NCBI GenBank assembly: GCA_035626435.1
Contig: DASPNQ010000122.1
Coordinates: 108 to 64,107 of the forward strand
DNA: 64,000 bases
Direction: 5' to 3'
Origin: Vicinamibacterales bacterium
Lineage (GTDB): Bacteria > Acidobacteriota > Vicinamibacteria > Vicinamibacterales > UBA2999
Position 1 is the first letter of the stretch; every line of letters starts with the position of its first letter. Positions 38,232 through 47,782 of the stretch are shown in pieces. The notes below the pieces were generated by a model. That model searched no databases, was not told where the DNA came from, and saw nothing but the letters and a program-made list of their open reading frames with translations. A program made the position numbers and the translations under genes.

Positions 38232-40496
38232 GAACGCCATCAGATAGGTCATCTTCGCGATCACCGCTCGCGAGATCAGCGCACCGCTGCGGGAGTCGTG
38301 ACGCTCGTTGTAGACCAGGTAAATATCGCTGAGCGGGCGGTGGATGATGTCGAGCCGCACGTTCGAGCTCCATTGATTGGTGTCGGTGTTGTACTGGACC
38401 AGCGCGTTTACGAACATCTTGGTGGTGAAATAGACGTTGAAGCGGCCGGTCAGCAGGTGCGTCACGTACGAACCCGAGGCGAGGTCGATGTCGTTGATCT
38501 GGTCGCTCAACGACACGTTGAAGTGCTGATTCATGCGGAACGTGCCGCCGATCGTGTAGTTGCGCCGATAGCCGTCGTAGAAATCGCCCGTGCCGGCCCG
38601 CAGATTCATCGAGAACGGCGCGGCGGAGTTGGTATTGGCGAGGATGAAGTGCTCCTTGAACTCGTAACGGCCCGGATCGACGTAGATGTTGCGGCGGCTG
38701 TTGATGGTAAAGCGCTCGTCGATCACTTCGATGTTCGGGTTGGTGCCGATCTCGATGAAGGTGCTGTTCTGGAAGTTCACTGGCCAATGCCAGTCCATAT
38801 AGCGCGACTCGAGACCGCCGCCGTTGCGCCTCGTAAAGTTCTCGAACTGGATGTGCGGAAACGTTTCCCGCATCCACCGCTGGAACTTCCGCGGGCGGAA
38901 CCGGCGGCCGAGATAGAACTCGGAGTTGTCGACGCCGCGCCGCGGCACGAAGCCCATCTCGTCGTTGAAGCGGCCGCCGATCGTCTGGTACATGCCGCGC
39001 GCTTCCCACTTGTTGTCGCGGTAGCCGACGCCGCTTTTCGAATACCAGTCGTCGCCCTCGCCGGGCACGCGCGTCACCGGTGAGTCGCTCTTGGCGATGG
39101 CCACGTTGGCGGTCAGGTCGCCGAGAAAGCGGAAATTGGCGTCAGCCCCGAAGCCGCGATTGTGATCGGCGCCCCGTGGATCCTTGTTGAGAAACATCAC
39201 GCCGATGTCGGAGTTGGCGAGGATGTTGCGGCGCAGTCGCAGCGCGGTGAAGTTGGTGGACGGGCTCGGTCCCTGCTCGCGCTGCTGGATGTTGAGCGCG
39301 CCGACCGACCAGCCACCGACCCGCCCGGTGAGGCGCGAGCCGGCGAGCAGCGGAATCGCATCGCCGCTGGGCGACAAGCCGATCTGGCGGCTGAAGAAGA
39401 AGATCATGTCCTGCGATGCGTTCTGGCGGCCACCACCGCCCCCGCCGCCGCCGCCCCCGCCACCGCCGCCGGTATTGCCCGAGCCGAACTGGAACACGCC
39501 GGAGTTCTCGAGGAAGAAATCGCGCTTCTCCGGGAAGAACAGACTGAAGCGCGTCAGGTTGACCTGCTGCTCGTCGGCTTCGACCTGCGAAAAGTCCGTG
39601 TTCACCGTGAAGTCCCAGGTGAGCCCGGTGGTGACGCCGTACTTGACGTCGATGCCGGCGTCGAAATCGCGGTCGACCGCAACGTGTGGCAGCTGGTTGA
39701 AGTTGGCCAGCGCATACGGCTTGACGCGCACGTTCGCGCCCGGGCGCAGACCCTGCAGGCCTTCGAAGCGGCCGGCCATCGATACGCGCGACAACTGATG
39801 GATGCGGCGCAGCGGCGCCCAGTAGCTGTTTTCGTTTTTTCGCCGCAGGCGGCGCTGGAAGTTGATGCCCCAGGTCTGCATCGCCTCGGGTCCGAACTTC
39901 AGCGTCTTGAACGGAATTTCGATTTCCGCATACCAGCCGTCTTCGCCGATCCGCGTCGCGACGTCCCAGATGCCGTCCCAGTTCGAGTTCTGCTCGCGGC
40001 CTTCGTTCGACATCTGCGAGTCCCATTTCGCGCCGGCCGGATTGATTGCGAACTGGTAGCCGTTGCGCTCGTCATGGAACGTGTCGATGACGACCTGGAA
40101 GCCGTCGGCGGATCCCGTGTTGAAGTCCTTGCGCAGCTCGTTGACGATGATCTCGCCGGGCGATGGATCCTTCGCGAACACGCCGATGTACAGCGCGCGC
40201 TGATCGTAGAGCAGCCGCACTTCGGTGTCGTAGGTCGCCGGGGCGCCCTCGTTCGGATCGTTCTGCACGAAGTTGGTGGCCAGCGGCGCCGAGCCCCACG
40301 ACGCTTCATCGAGGCGGCCGTCGAGCACGATTGGTCCCGCGGTCTGCGTCGCCGTCAGGCGGCGGCTGGTGCGCGCCGTGTCGTAGTTGATCGTCTTCGA
40401 CTCGGCATTTTGCGCCGCCGCGGTCGTGCCCGACACCACTGCTGCAAAAATGAGCGCACCCGTTACGACACGGGCGTGTAGCATGTGCAAATTCAT
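38229..40496 (-). CDS. CBM9-like plus DUF5916 outer-membrane beta-barrel-type protein
   Basis: IVLDGRLDEASWGSAPLATNFVQNDPNEGAPATYDTEVRLLYDQRALYIGVFA...FQVVIDTFHDERNGYQFAINPAGAKWD matches the CBM9/DUF5916 N-terminal pattern. Start chosen at MNLHMLHARVV (signal peptide). Confidence 0.75.
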   Translation of the reverse strand: MNLHMLHARVVTGALIFAAVVSGTTAAAQNAESKTINYDTARTSRRLTATQTAGPIVLDGRLDEASWGSAPLATNFVQNDPNEGAPATYDTEVRLLYDQRALYIGVFAKDPSPGEIIVNELRKDFNTGSADGFQVVIDTFHDERNGYQFAINPAGAKWDSQMSNEGREQNSNWDGIWDVATRIGEDGWYAEIEIPFKTLKFGPEAMQTWGINFQRRLRRKNENSYWAPLRRIHQLSRVSMAGRFEGLQGLRPGANVRVKPYALANFNQLPHVAVDRDFDAGIDVKYGVTTGLTWDFTVNTDFSQVEADEQQVNLTRFSLFFPEKRDFFLENSGVFQFGSGNTGGGGGGGGGGGGGGRQNASQDMIFFFSRQIGLSPSGDAIPLLAGSRLTGRVGGWSVGALNIQQREQGPSPSTNFTALRLRRNILANSDIGVMFLNKDPRGADHNRGFGADANFRFLGDLTANVAIAKSDSPVTRVPGEGDDWYSKSGVGYRDNKWEARGMYQTIGGRFNDEMGFVPRRGVDNSEFYLGRRFRPRKFQRWMRETFPHIQFENFTRRNGGGLESRYMDWHWPVNFQNSTFIEIGTNPNIEVIDERFTINSRRNIYVDPGRYEFKEHFILANTNSAAPFSMNLRAGTGDFYDGYRRNYTIGGTFRMNQHFNVSLSDQINDIDLASGSYVTHLLTGRFNVYFTTKMFVNALVQYNTDTNQWSSNVRLDIIHRPLSDIYLVYNERHDSRSGALISRAVIAKMTYLMAF
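39427..39468 (-). repeat. Run of 14 consecutive Gly codons (mixed GGC/GGT/GGG) inside the DUF5916 CDS
   Basis: Reverse complement reads ggc ggc ggt ggc ggg ggc ggc ggc ggc ggg ggc ggt ggt ggc. Confidence 0.9.
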
Positions 40497-40616
40497 GGGT
40501 GTTGTTGATGCCCCGACGGGCGTTTGACGACAGAATATCGTCGCCCGAAACGGGCGAGGGGATGCAACCGATTGTAAATCTTCACGGGGACTGCCCGTGG
40601 GCATACGAGGACGGCG

Positions 40617-41915
40617 ATGAAGTTAGCGATCACGCTCGGTGTGCTGGCGATGCTGAATCTGCCAGTCCAGGCCCAGGAGGCGCGGCGCCGCTGGGAAATG
40701 CAGCGCCAGATCCGGCTCGACAAGTTCGAGCAGGTGCTGCCGCGCGCGATGCGCGACAACCAGATCGACATGTGGATTGTCGCCGTCAAGGAAAACCACT
40801 ACGACCCGCTGTGGAACGATCTCGGTCGCGGCTACGTCACCGGCATGGGCTACTACGTGTTCACCGATCGCGGCGGCGACCGCATCGAGCGCGCCGCGCT
40901 GGGCCCCGGCGGCTACATGCTCAGCGAGTCCGGCGCCTACGACATCATCGCGCCCGCGGCGACGCTCGCGGAACACGTCAAAGCGCGCAACCCCAGACGC
41001 ATCGGCCTGAACATGTCCGACGAGATCGGCCCCGCCGACGGCCTGTCGGTGACGATGCTCGCGCACTTGCGCAAGACACTGGGCGAGACCCTGGCATCAC
41101 GATTCGTGTCCGCCGAAAAGCTCGTCGCCGATTTCCGATCGCACCGCGTCGCCGCCGAGATCGTCGCGTTCGGCGAAGCCGCCGGCATCGCCATCGAGCT
41201 CGCAGAGCGCGCGCTGTCCAACGAGGTGATCACGCCCGGCAAGACCACTCTCGAGGACGTCGCATGGTGGATGCAGGATCAATTGCTGGCACGCGCGCTC
41301 GGCTCCGAGTTCGACATGCCCTCCGTCTACATCACCGGTCCAACCGGGATCGCGGCCACCTCCAATGCGCGCATCATCCAGCCCGGTGACGTGCTGATGA
41401 TCGACTGGGGCGTGCAGTTGATGAATTTCGGCACCGACGTCAAGCGCGTCGCCTACGTGCTGAAGCCGGGCGAAACGGCGCCGCCAAAGAGCATCCAGCA
41501 CGCCTTCGACAAGGCGATCTCCGTGCGTGACGTGTTCAAAAAGGCAATCAAGGTCGGTGTTCGCGCCGACGCGACGATGAAGGCGATGGACGCTGCGCTG
41601 CAGGCGGCCGGTTTCGGCGTGATCGAATTCAATCGCCCCAACAAGGACGACAAGACCGACGTCGTCTACGGCTTCCACCCGGTCGGCAACACCGGGCACG
41701 ACATCGGTCCGTCATTGACGACCTGGCAGCCGCTGCAGACGACGTTCGTCATGCACGACAACCACATGTTTTCGTTCGAATACTTCGCCTACACCCCAAT
41801 CCCCGAATGGGGTGGCGCGAAACTGCGCATCCCCATCGAAGACGATGCGATCCTGACCGACGCCGGCATTCAGTTTCTTCACCCGGCCAACTATCGGTTG
41901 TTGGTGATCAAATGA
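40617..41915 (+). CDS. Secreted M24-family metallopeptidase (Xaa-Pro aminopeptidase-like)
   Basis: Signal peptide. Pita-bread metal-ligand pattern GDVLMIDWG...GTDVKR...HPVGNTGHDIG...FSFEY. Confidence 0.85.
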   Translation: MKLAITLGVLAMLNLPVQAQEARRRWEMQRQIRLDKFEQVLPRAMRDNQIDMWIVAVKENHYDPLWNDLGRGYVTGMGYYVFTDRGGDRIERAALGPGGYMLSESGAYDIIAPAATLAEHVKARNPRRIGLNMSDEIGPADGLSVTMLAHLRKTLGETLASRFVSAEKLVADFRSHRVAAEIVAFGEAAGIAIELAERALSNEVITPGKTTLEDVAWWMQDQLLARALGSEFDMPSVYITGPTGIAATSNARIIQPGDVLMIDWGVQLMNFGTDVKRVAYVLKPGETAPPKSIQHAFDKAISVRDVFKKAIKVGVRADATMKAMDAALQAAGFGVIEFNRPNKDDKTDVVYGFHPVGNTGHDIGPSLTTWQPLQTTFVMHDNHMFSFEYFAYTPIPEWGGAKLRIPIEDDAILTDAGIQFLHPANYRLLVIK

Positions 41916-41937
41916 ACGCACCGCGGAAGGACGGCCT

Positions 41938-42360
41938 CTACGTTTCGGTGTACAGATAACCGCCGACCGCCGACGCGACCATCATCTCGATCGCGGACCA
42001 CACGACGGTCAGCAGGACCAGGCCGAGCGACTGCGTGCCGATCATGTAGAAGAACACCGACGAATACAGGTAGGTGAGCGCCCAGACGATTAACCCCGCG
42101 GCCATCGCCGTCTTCGGACCGGCACCGAACCGCGGGCGGATGGCGGCATACAGCCAGACCGTCGCGATTCCAACGAGCAGCGTGACGATGGTGAAGACGG
42201 TGATTGCGGGCGGGCCGACCGGCGGCAGGTTCAGCGCGCGCAATTCGGCATCCATCTGCGCGCCGGCGATCGGCACGTTGAGGATGAACTCGCTGATCAC
42301 CATGATCACGCCAGCCGCCAAGCCACCTTTTAGTACGCCGCCGACATTGATCCGGTTCAT
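41938..42360 (-). CDS. Hypothetical 4-TM membrane protein
   Basis: Start chosen at MNRINVGGVLKGGLAAGVIMV. Hydrophobic throughout. No family recognised. Confidence 0.5.
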   Translation of the reverse strand: MNRINVGGVLKGGLAAGVIMVISEFILNVPIAGAQMDAELRALNLPPVGPPAITVFTIVTLLVGIATVWLYAAIRPRFGAGPKTAMAAGLIVWALTYLYSSVFFYMIGTQSLGLVLLTVVWSAIEMMVASAVGGYLYTET

Positions 42361-42456
42361 GTGTGCTCCCGCCTTCGCAAGACAGCTGTCTTGCGTCAGT
42401 GCTGCCGCGCGATGCATTCGTCGTCGTGGATTGCACGCAGAGCATAAACTACGGTC

Positions 42457-43305
42457 GTGCTCTACCGGTTCGGTTTTTTCGAGTTCGACAGTGACAACCA
42501 CGAGTTACGCAAGCGGGGACGCGCCGTCGCGATCGAGCCCCAGCCGGCCCGGGCGCTCGCGCTGCTCTTGTCACGCGCCGGAAACATCGTCACGCGCGAG
42601 GAATTGCGCGACGCGGTGTGGGGCAAGCACACCCACGTCGATTTCGATCGCGGCTTGGCGTACTGCATCTCGCAGGTGCGCGGTGCGCTGGGCGATAGCG
42701 GCGATAACCCGCGGTTTGTCCAGACCGTGCCTCGGCGCGGGTTCAAGTTCATCGCGCCGGTCGCGGTCGCGGACGCTCCTCGGGAGACGGGACCCGCTGG
42801 GCGGCCTGAGCGTTGGAAAGCGGCGTTCGCCGTCGCGGTACTGCTGCTCGGCGCTGCCGCGACGTGGCTGGCGGTCAGCGGCTCGCGCACGCGCGATCGG
42901 GTGGTGATTGCGGTCTCTGTCTTCGACAACGAGACGGGGGAGACGCACCACGATCGGCCGATTGCCGCGCTCTCCGATGCGGTCGTCGAACATCTGACGA
43001 GGGTCGCACCCGATCGTATTGCGGTGATCGGCAACGCAGCGATTCTGCGTCAGCCCAGGAATATACGGAACCTGAAAGCGGTTGCCGACCACCTTGATGC
43101 CGATTACGTGCTGCTCGGCCAGTTGCAGCGTGGCGAGTCCGGGTTGCGGTTCATCACGCACTTCATCCGGCTGGCGGACGAAGCCCACCTGAAGGCCAAT
43201 CGACTGATCGTTGCCAGCGACACGCTCGCCGGTCTCGAGGCCGCCGTGGTCGCGGAATTCGACCGCGCGGTCCGCGCGCACGTCCTGACCTCAGGCGCTA
43301 ACTGA
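42457..43305 (+). CDS. CadC-like membrane-anchored transcriptional regulator (OmpR/PhoB-type winged helix, one TM, periplasmic domain)
   Basis: YRFGFFEFDSDNHELRKRGRAVAIEPQPARALALLLSRAGNIVTREELRDAVWG...RFVQTVPRRGFKF, followed by the TM segment AAFAVAVLLLGAAATWLAV. Confidence 0.75.
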   Translation: MLYRFGFFEFDSDNHELRKRGRAVAIEPQPARALALLLSRAGNIVTREELRDAVWGKHTHVDFDRGLAYCISQVRGALGDSGDNPRFVQTVPRRGFKFIAPVAVADAPRETGPAGRPERWKAAFAVAVLLLGAAATWLAVSGSRTRDRVVIAVSVFDNETGETHHDRPIAALSDAVVEHLTRVAPDRIAVIGNAAILRQPRNIRNLKAVADHLDADYVLLGQLQRGESGLRFITHFIRLADEAHLKANRLIVASDTLAGLEAAVVAEFDRAVRAHVLTSGAN

Positions 43306-43389
43306 TTCTTCGATCAGCGGTTATGTCCTGAAGCGAACTTCGCTTGCCCTTGGTGCCAATGCCTCGTCATAACGTGCCCGGAGGTAGCG

Positions 43390-44202
43390 ATGTTCATGTC
43401 ACGGCGCAATTTCTTGTCGGTTTCGAGTGGGCTGCCAGCACTGGGCGTGTTCGCCTCGTCGGCGCGAGCTTGGGGACAGGTGCCCCCGAGTGCGTACGCC
43501 ATTAAGGGCGCCGACGCCTTTCCGCAACAGGATCCTGCCCTCGTCAAGGATGCAATAAGTGCGTCACACGGCAACTTCGCGCGGATTCGCGAGCTCGTCG
43601 AACACCAGCCGGCGATGGCCGGTGCCTCGATTGATTGGGGATTCGGTGACTGGGAGACGTGTCTCGATGCCGCTTCGCACGTCGGCAACAAGCCGATCGC
43701 CGACTTTCTGCTCGCGCACGGCGCTCGGCCGACAATCTTTTCGGCGGCGATGATGGGGCAACTCGACGTCGTCAAGGCGCTGATTGCGGCGCGGCCCGGC
43801 ATCCAGAGGACCCGCGGACCGCACGGCATCACGCTGCTGGCGCATGCGAAGGCCGGCGGCGCCGATGCAATGGCCGTCGTGGAGTACCTGACGGCGGTCG
43901 GGGACGCGGATCTGGCGATGCCGGTGCAACCGCTGGCCGCTGCCGATCGCGACATGCTGGTGGGCAAATATGTGTACGGAGCGGGGCCGCGCGATTTTTT
44001 TACGATCGACGTGCAACAGGATCGACTGGGGATCGATCGGCCGGGGAGTCCCGCCCGCCGCTTTCTGATGCATGTTGGCAACCTCGTGTTTTTCCCGATC
44101 GGCGTGCCGCACGCCAAGATCGCCTTTGCGCGTGAGGACGGCAAGGTCACGCACTTCACCATCGCCGACCCCGATCTGCTGCTGACGGCCCGGCGCACCT
44201 GA
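43390..44202 (+). CDS. Ankyrin-repeat protein with a twin-arginine (Tat) signal peptide
   Basis: MFMSRRNFLSVSSGLPALGVFASSARA is Tat-like (SRRNFL). Ankyrin units include NKPIADFLLAHGARPT, GQLDVVKALIAARPGI and GITLLAHAKAGG. Confidence 0.8.
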   Translation: MFMSRRNFLSVSSGLPALGVFASSARAWGQVPPSAYAIKGADAFPQQDPALVKDAISASHGNFARIRELVEHQPAMAGASIDWGFGDWETCLDAASHVGNKPIADFLLAHGARPTIFSAAMMGQLDVVKALIAARPGIQRTRGPHGITLLAHAKAGGADAMAVVEYLTAVGDADLAMPVQPLAAADRDMLVGKYVYGAGPRDFFTIDVQQDRLGIDRPGSPARRFLMHVGNLVFFPIGVPHAKIAFAREDGKVTHFTIADPDLLLTARRT

Positions 44203-44265
44203 TCCGGTCCCGCTGGCGCGTCATCGCGCTGGCCCGAACACGGCCGGCCTGCTAGCCTGCTAGGG

Positions 44266-44823
44266 ATGTTCGAGACCGTGCTGTTGTGGCTCGCGGCCAT
44301 TTCCGCGATCGTGCTCGCGGTCGCGGTGGCGGGTTACTTCGCGCTGCGCTGGGCGTTCATGCGCGCGGCGGAGCGGATGGCGGCGATGATCGATCGGCGC
44401 ATCGGCGGTGCCGCGGCGCACGCCTTCACCGGCCTGGCGCGTTTCGCCGCAGCGCGCGGCATCTCGATCGACGACGCGAATCGGCTGTTTGGCAGGAACA
44501 TCGACCACCTCGCCAAGATCATGGACAGCGCGATCACGCTGCCGATCCTCGGCCGGGTCGGCCTCGATGCGGTGCTCGACCTGATTCCCGGCGTCGGCAA
44601 CCTGGCCGGCGCGGCGATTTCGCTGACGCTCATCGCGCGCACGCTTCAGTACGGTCCGCCGCCGTCGCTGGTGTCGAAAATGCTGTCGAATGTGCTGGTC
44701 GACGTCATGCTCGGGGCGATCCCGCTGATCGGCCCGCTCGTCGACGTGTGGTTCAAGGCCAACGAGAGGAACTCGCTGTTGATGCGCGAATTCCTCTCGT
44801 CCGGACCGAAAGCCGAAGGCTGA
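44266..44823 (+). CDS. DUF4112-domain membrane protein
   Basis: GLDAVLDLIPGVGNLAGAAISLTLI...NVLVDVMLGAIPLIGPLVDVWFKANERN is the DUF4112 signature. Confidence 0.8.
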   Translation: MFETVLLWLAAISAIVLAVAVAGYFALRWAFMRAAERMAAMIDRRIGGAAAHAFTGLARFAAARGISIDDANRLFGRNIDHLAKIMDSAITLPILGRVGLDAVLDLIPGVGNLAGAAISLTLIARTLQYGPPPSLVSKMLSNVLVDVMLGAIPLIGPLVDVWFKANERNSLLMREFLSSGPKAEG

Positions 44824-44839
44824 ACGCCGCAGGGCGGCG

Positions 44840-47623
44840 CTACTGCTGCGCGGCGGTCGTCGTTTTTGCCGGTGCGGCGGCGCCCATGTCGTTCCAGAAC
44901 AGCAAGGCGTTGAACACCATCGCGTGCTCGCCGAACGTCTGCCAGCGATAGATCGGGTTGTTCGCGAACAGGATGACGCGCCCCTTGCCGGACGGCGCGT
45001 CGACGACCATCGGGCGGTTGCGAATCTGATCGGGGTTGCGCATCAGGCCGCTCAACACGCCGGCCTCGCCGCCGGTGTAGCGTGCGACGATCTGCGGCCG
45101 CTCGGGCGACGAGCCCGCGAACTGTTCGAAGCCCGGCTGCGGGCCGGCCTGCAACAGCGGGCCGCCGTTGAAGCGCACCGGCAGCGTCTTCTGCTGGTAG
45201 CCGTACATCACCGGGTGCGTGGGCATCAGGATCTCGCTCTGGACGTAGGGGCCAGGCGCGTAGAAACCGGGCGCCGGGTTTTGCGCCTCGACGCCCTTGG
45301 CGATCCCGAACTCCGCCGGGAACGCGCTCGCCACGCCAAGCGTCACCAGCACGCCGCCGTCGTCGACGAACTTCTGGAATTCGGCCGCCCCGGCCAGCCC
45401 CATGCCGCCGCGCACGTCGTCGGTCTCCGCATACATGCCGAAGGACTTGAACGTGTCGTGCTTCTTGTAGGGGAGCGGCTTTGAAAGCTTCGGCTGCTCG
45501 TAGACGATCGCCTTGCCGTTGTTGGTCTGATGCGGCATCAGGATGAGGTCGTATTTGGCTTTCAGGTTCGCGCCGCTTTGCACATGATCCTTGTGAATCA
45601 GGTCGAACGGAATCTCGAAGCGATCGAACGCCAATCGTACCCAGCCGACTTTCTCGGTGTTCGCCCACGTCGTGTAAATGGCAAGGCGGGGCAGATCGAC
45701 ATCAACCGCGGCGACCGCCGGCGTCGCCGCGACCGCGGTCGCGACCAACCCGAGACGCTCGATCTCCTGGCGCGCGCGATCGGATGCCGGCAGCATCAAC
45801 GCCCCGGCCGGATACTCTTCGTCACCGATCTTGAAGGCGGCGGAGGCGCCCTTCATGGCCACGTCCTTCAGGCGGTAACGCAACGTCACCAGGCCCAGCG
45901 CGCCGTTGTGTTTGACGACGTAGGTCGTGCCGGTGCCGGTGATCGTACCGGGGGTGTGGGCCTTCGCGGTCACCAGCGTCGCCGGCGAGTCGAGGATCGA
46001 TCTGTCCTCGATGGTCTTGACATCGACGTTGTTCGCCATCCCCATCGTCCACGCGCTGTCGTCGTAGGTGTTCAGCGACGCGTCAGGGTAGGTCTGCTTC
46101 TCGAGCAAGGTCTTCGCGAGCGGTCCGTACGGCTGGTTGAGCCTGACGATGTACGAACCAGCGGGGAAAGTGCCTTCCTTGACCTTGATCTCTCGATCGG
46201 CGCGGTGCACTTCGATGGCCTGGGTGCGCAGCAGGTCGGCGACGCGATCGACCTTGCTCTGGTCGCCTTGACCTGCCGGAATCACGAACGCATGTGGCGG
46301 TTTGTCGGCGCCCTTTTTGACGGCGTTTGCCGACTTCCTGTAGAAGTTCTCGACGACCATCGACGGAAACTTCGACGTCAATTCGAGGGCGGTCAGCAGG
46401 CCGGTCTGCGCGTAATTGATCGAGTTGCGGATCGACCAGTCGACTTCACCGGCGGCGGCGGGGTTCGGGCGATACCACTGCCGCGTCAACTGGTTACCCT
46501 GTAGTCGCGCCTTTTTCGTGTTCGCGCCGCCCTGGTTGAACACTTCGTACATCCGCAGCATGCCGTTGTGATTCGCGGCGGCAAAGCCGAGATATCCCGG
46601 CGACCACATGTCGACAAAGCCGAAATGCCAGACCCCGGGCATCCCGTACGAGGTTAGCTTGTTGACTTCATAGGTGGCGAAGAACGGCAGCTCGGTATAC
46701 AGAATCGGATCGAGGTTCGGGTTCTGGGGCGGCTGTCCGCTGAACGTGTAGAGCAGTGTCTGCGCTTCATGAACGTCGTGCCAGATCGGCGGCACCCAGT
46801 TCAGATACCAGTTCAGGTGGATGCGCAGCGAGTCGACGCCGTAGTTGATGTCGCGGTTGTTGTCGTGGAAGACGTACTTGCCCCAGTACGGAGGGCCGCC
46901 GAAATTCTCGCCGCCATCGTACGGCTCGTCGATCTTATAGGCGTAGTACCAGTCGACGTAGCGATCGCGGCCGTCGACATCCGTCGCGCCGGTGATGCTG
47001 ACGATGACGTTGTCGCGGATGGATCTGATGTAGGGTTCCTCGCTCGCCGACAGCCGGTAGGCGAGCTCGATCACCGCTTCGGGCGGATTGGTCTCGCCGC
47101 TGTGCAGGCCGGCGGTGATGTGATAGTGCGGCTTCGTTGCCGCGATCACCTGCTGCGCCTGCGCCTCGGTCAAGCCGCGCGGATCGGCGAGCTTCTTCAG
47201 GTTCTGACGGTTGCTTTCGAGGTTCTTGAGGTTCGCCTCCGACGAGATGTAGACGACCATCACGTCACGGCCCTCCTCCGTTTTGCCGATCACTTCGGTC
47301 TTGACGCGGCCGGGGAGCGCTTTTTCCAGCGCCCGGAAGTAGCGCTGTTGGTCGGCGACATACGTGAGTTTTTTCTCCGTGCCGATGTGGTAGCCGAGCA
47401 CGTCCTTCGGGGTGGGCACGCCCGGTTTCTTGGGCAAATGATCGACCAGCGGCGACAGGAATTCCGGCTTCGTCGTCGCCTTCTTGACGAACTCCGCAAA
47501 GTCCGGGTCATCTTGGGCAGTTGACGAAACGGGCTTCTGGGCCTGGCCGAGAGTCGATACGGTCGAGCTCAAAAACAGAGCAAGGACGAGCAACAGGCCC
47601 GATCGGCGCATCTTTTTGGTCAT
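44840..47623 (-). CDS. Large secreted M14-family zinc carboxypeptidase-like protein
   Basis: Signal peptide. HxxE zinc motif in ITAGLHSGETNPPEAVIELAYRL. About 930 aa with long C-terminal extensions. Confidence 0.85.
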   Translation of the reverse strand: MTKKMRRSGLLLVLALFLSSTVSTLGQAQKPVSSTAQDDPDFAEFVKKATTKPEFLSPLVDHLPKKPGVPTPKDVLGYHIGTEKKLTYVADQQRYFRALEKALPGRVKTEVIGKTEEGRDVMVVYISSEANLKNLESNRQNLKKLADPRGLTEAQAQQVIAATKPHYHITAGLHSGETNPPEAVIELAYRLSASEEPYIRSIRDNVIVSITGATDVDGRDRYVDWYYAYKIDEPYDGGENFGGPPYWGKYVFHDNNRDINYGVDSLRIHLNWYLNWVPPIWHDVHEAQTLLYTFSGQPPQNPNLDPILYTELPFFATYEVNKLTSYGMPGVWHFGFVDMWSPGYLGFAAANHNGMLRMYEVFNQGGANTKKARLQGNQLTRQWYRPNPAAAGEVDWSIRNSINYAQTGLLTALELTSKFPSMVVENFYRKSANAVKKGADKPPHAFVIPAGQGDQSKVDRVADLLRTQAIEVHRADREIKVKEGTFPAGSYIVRLNQPYGPLAKTLLEKQTYPDASLNTYDDSAWTMGMANNVDVKTIEDRSILDSPATLVTAKAHTPGTITGTGTTYVVKHNGALGLVTLRYRLKDVAMKGASAAFKIGDEEYPAGALMLPASDRARQEIERLGLVATAVAATPAVAAVDVDLPRLAIYTTWANTEKVGWVRLAFDRFEIPFDLIHKDHVQSGANLKAKYDLILMPHQTNNGKAIVYEQPKLSKPLPYKKHDTFKSFGMYAETDDVRGGMGLAGAAEFQKFVDDGGVLVTLGVASAFPAEFGIAKGVEAQNPAPGFYAPGPYVQSEILMPTHPVMYGYQQKTLPVRFNGGPLLQAGPQPGFEQFAGSSPERPQIVARYTGGEAGVLSGLMRNPDQIRNRPMVVDAPSGKGRVILFANNPIYRWQTFGEHAMVFNALLFWNDMGAAAPAKTTTAAQQ

Positions 47624-47710
47624 TGCAATAAGTCCTTTAACCCCAGTTGTTTGCGACGTGTTTTTGGCCCATTACTGAATCAGCAGCTGCGGGATTTCGG
47701 GCAAAAACCG

Positions 47711-47739
47711 TTGAGCGTGCGCGGGCGCAAAGATAGAAT
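47711..47739 (+). promoter_or_regulatory. Candidate sigma-70-type promoter TTGAGC-17 nt-TAGAAT upstream of the DGQHR gene
   Basis: Hexamers and 17-nt spacing read directly, in a lower-GC intergenic patch about 44 nt upstream of the ATG at 47783. Confidence 0.3.
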
Positions 47740-47782
47740 CCACCTCTTTGACGGCCCACTAGTTCCCGTCAGACGGACTCAT

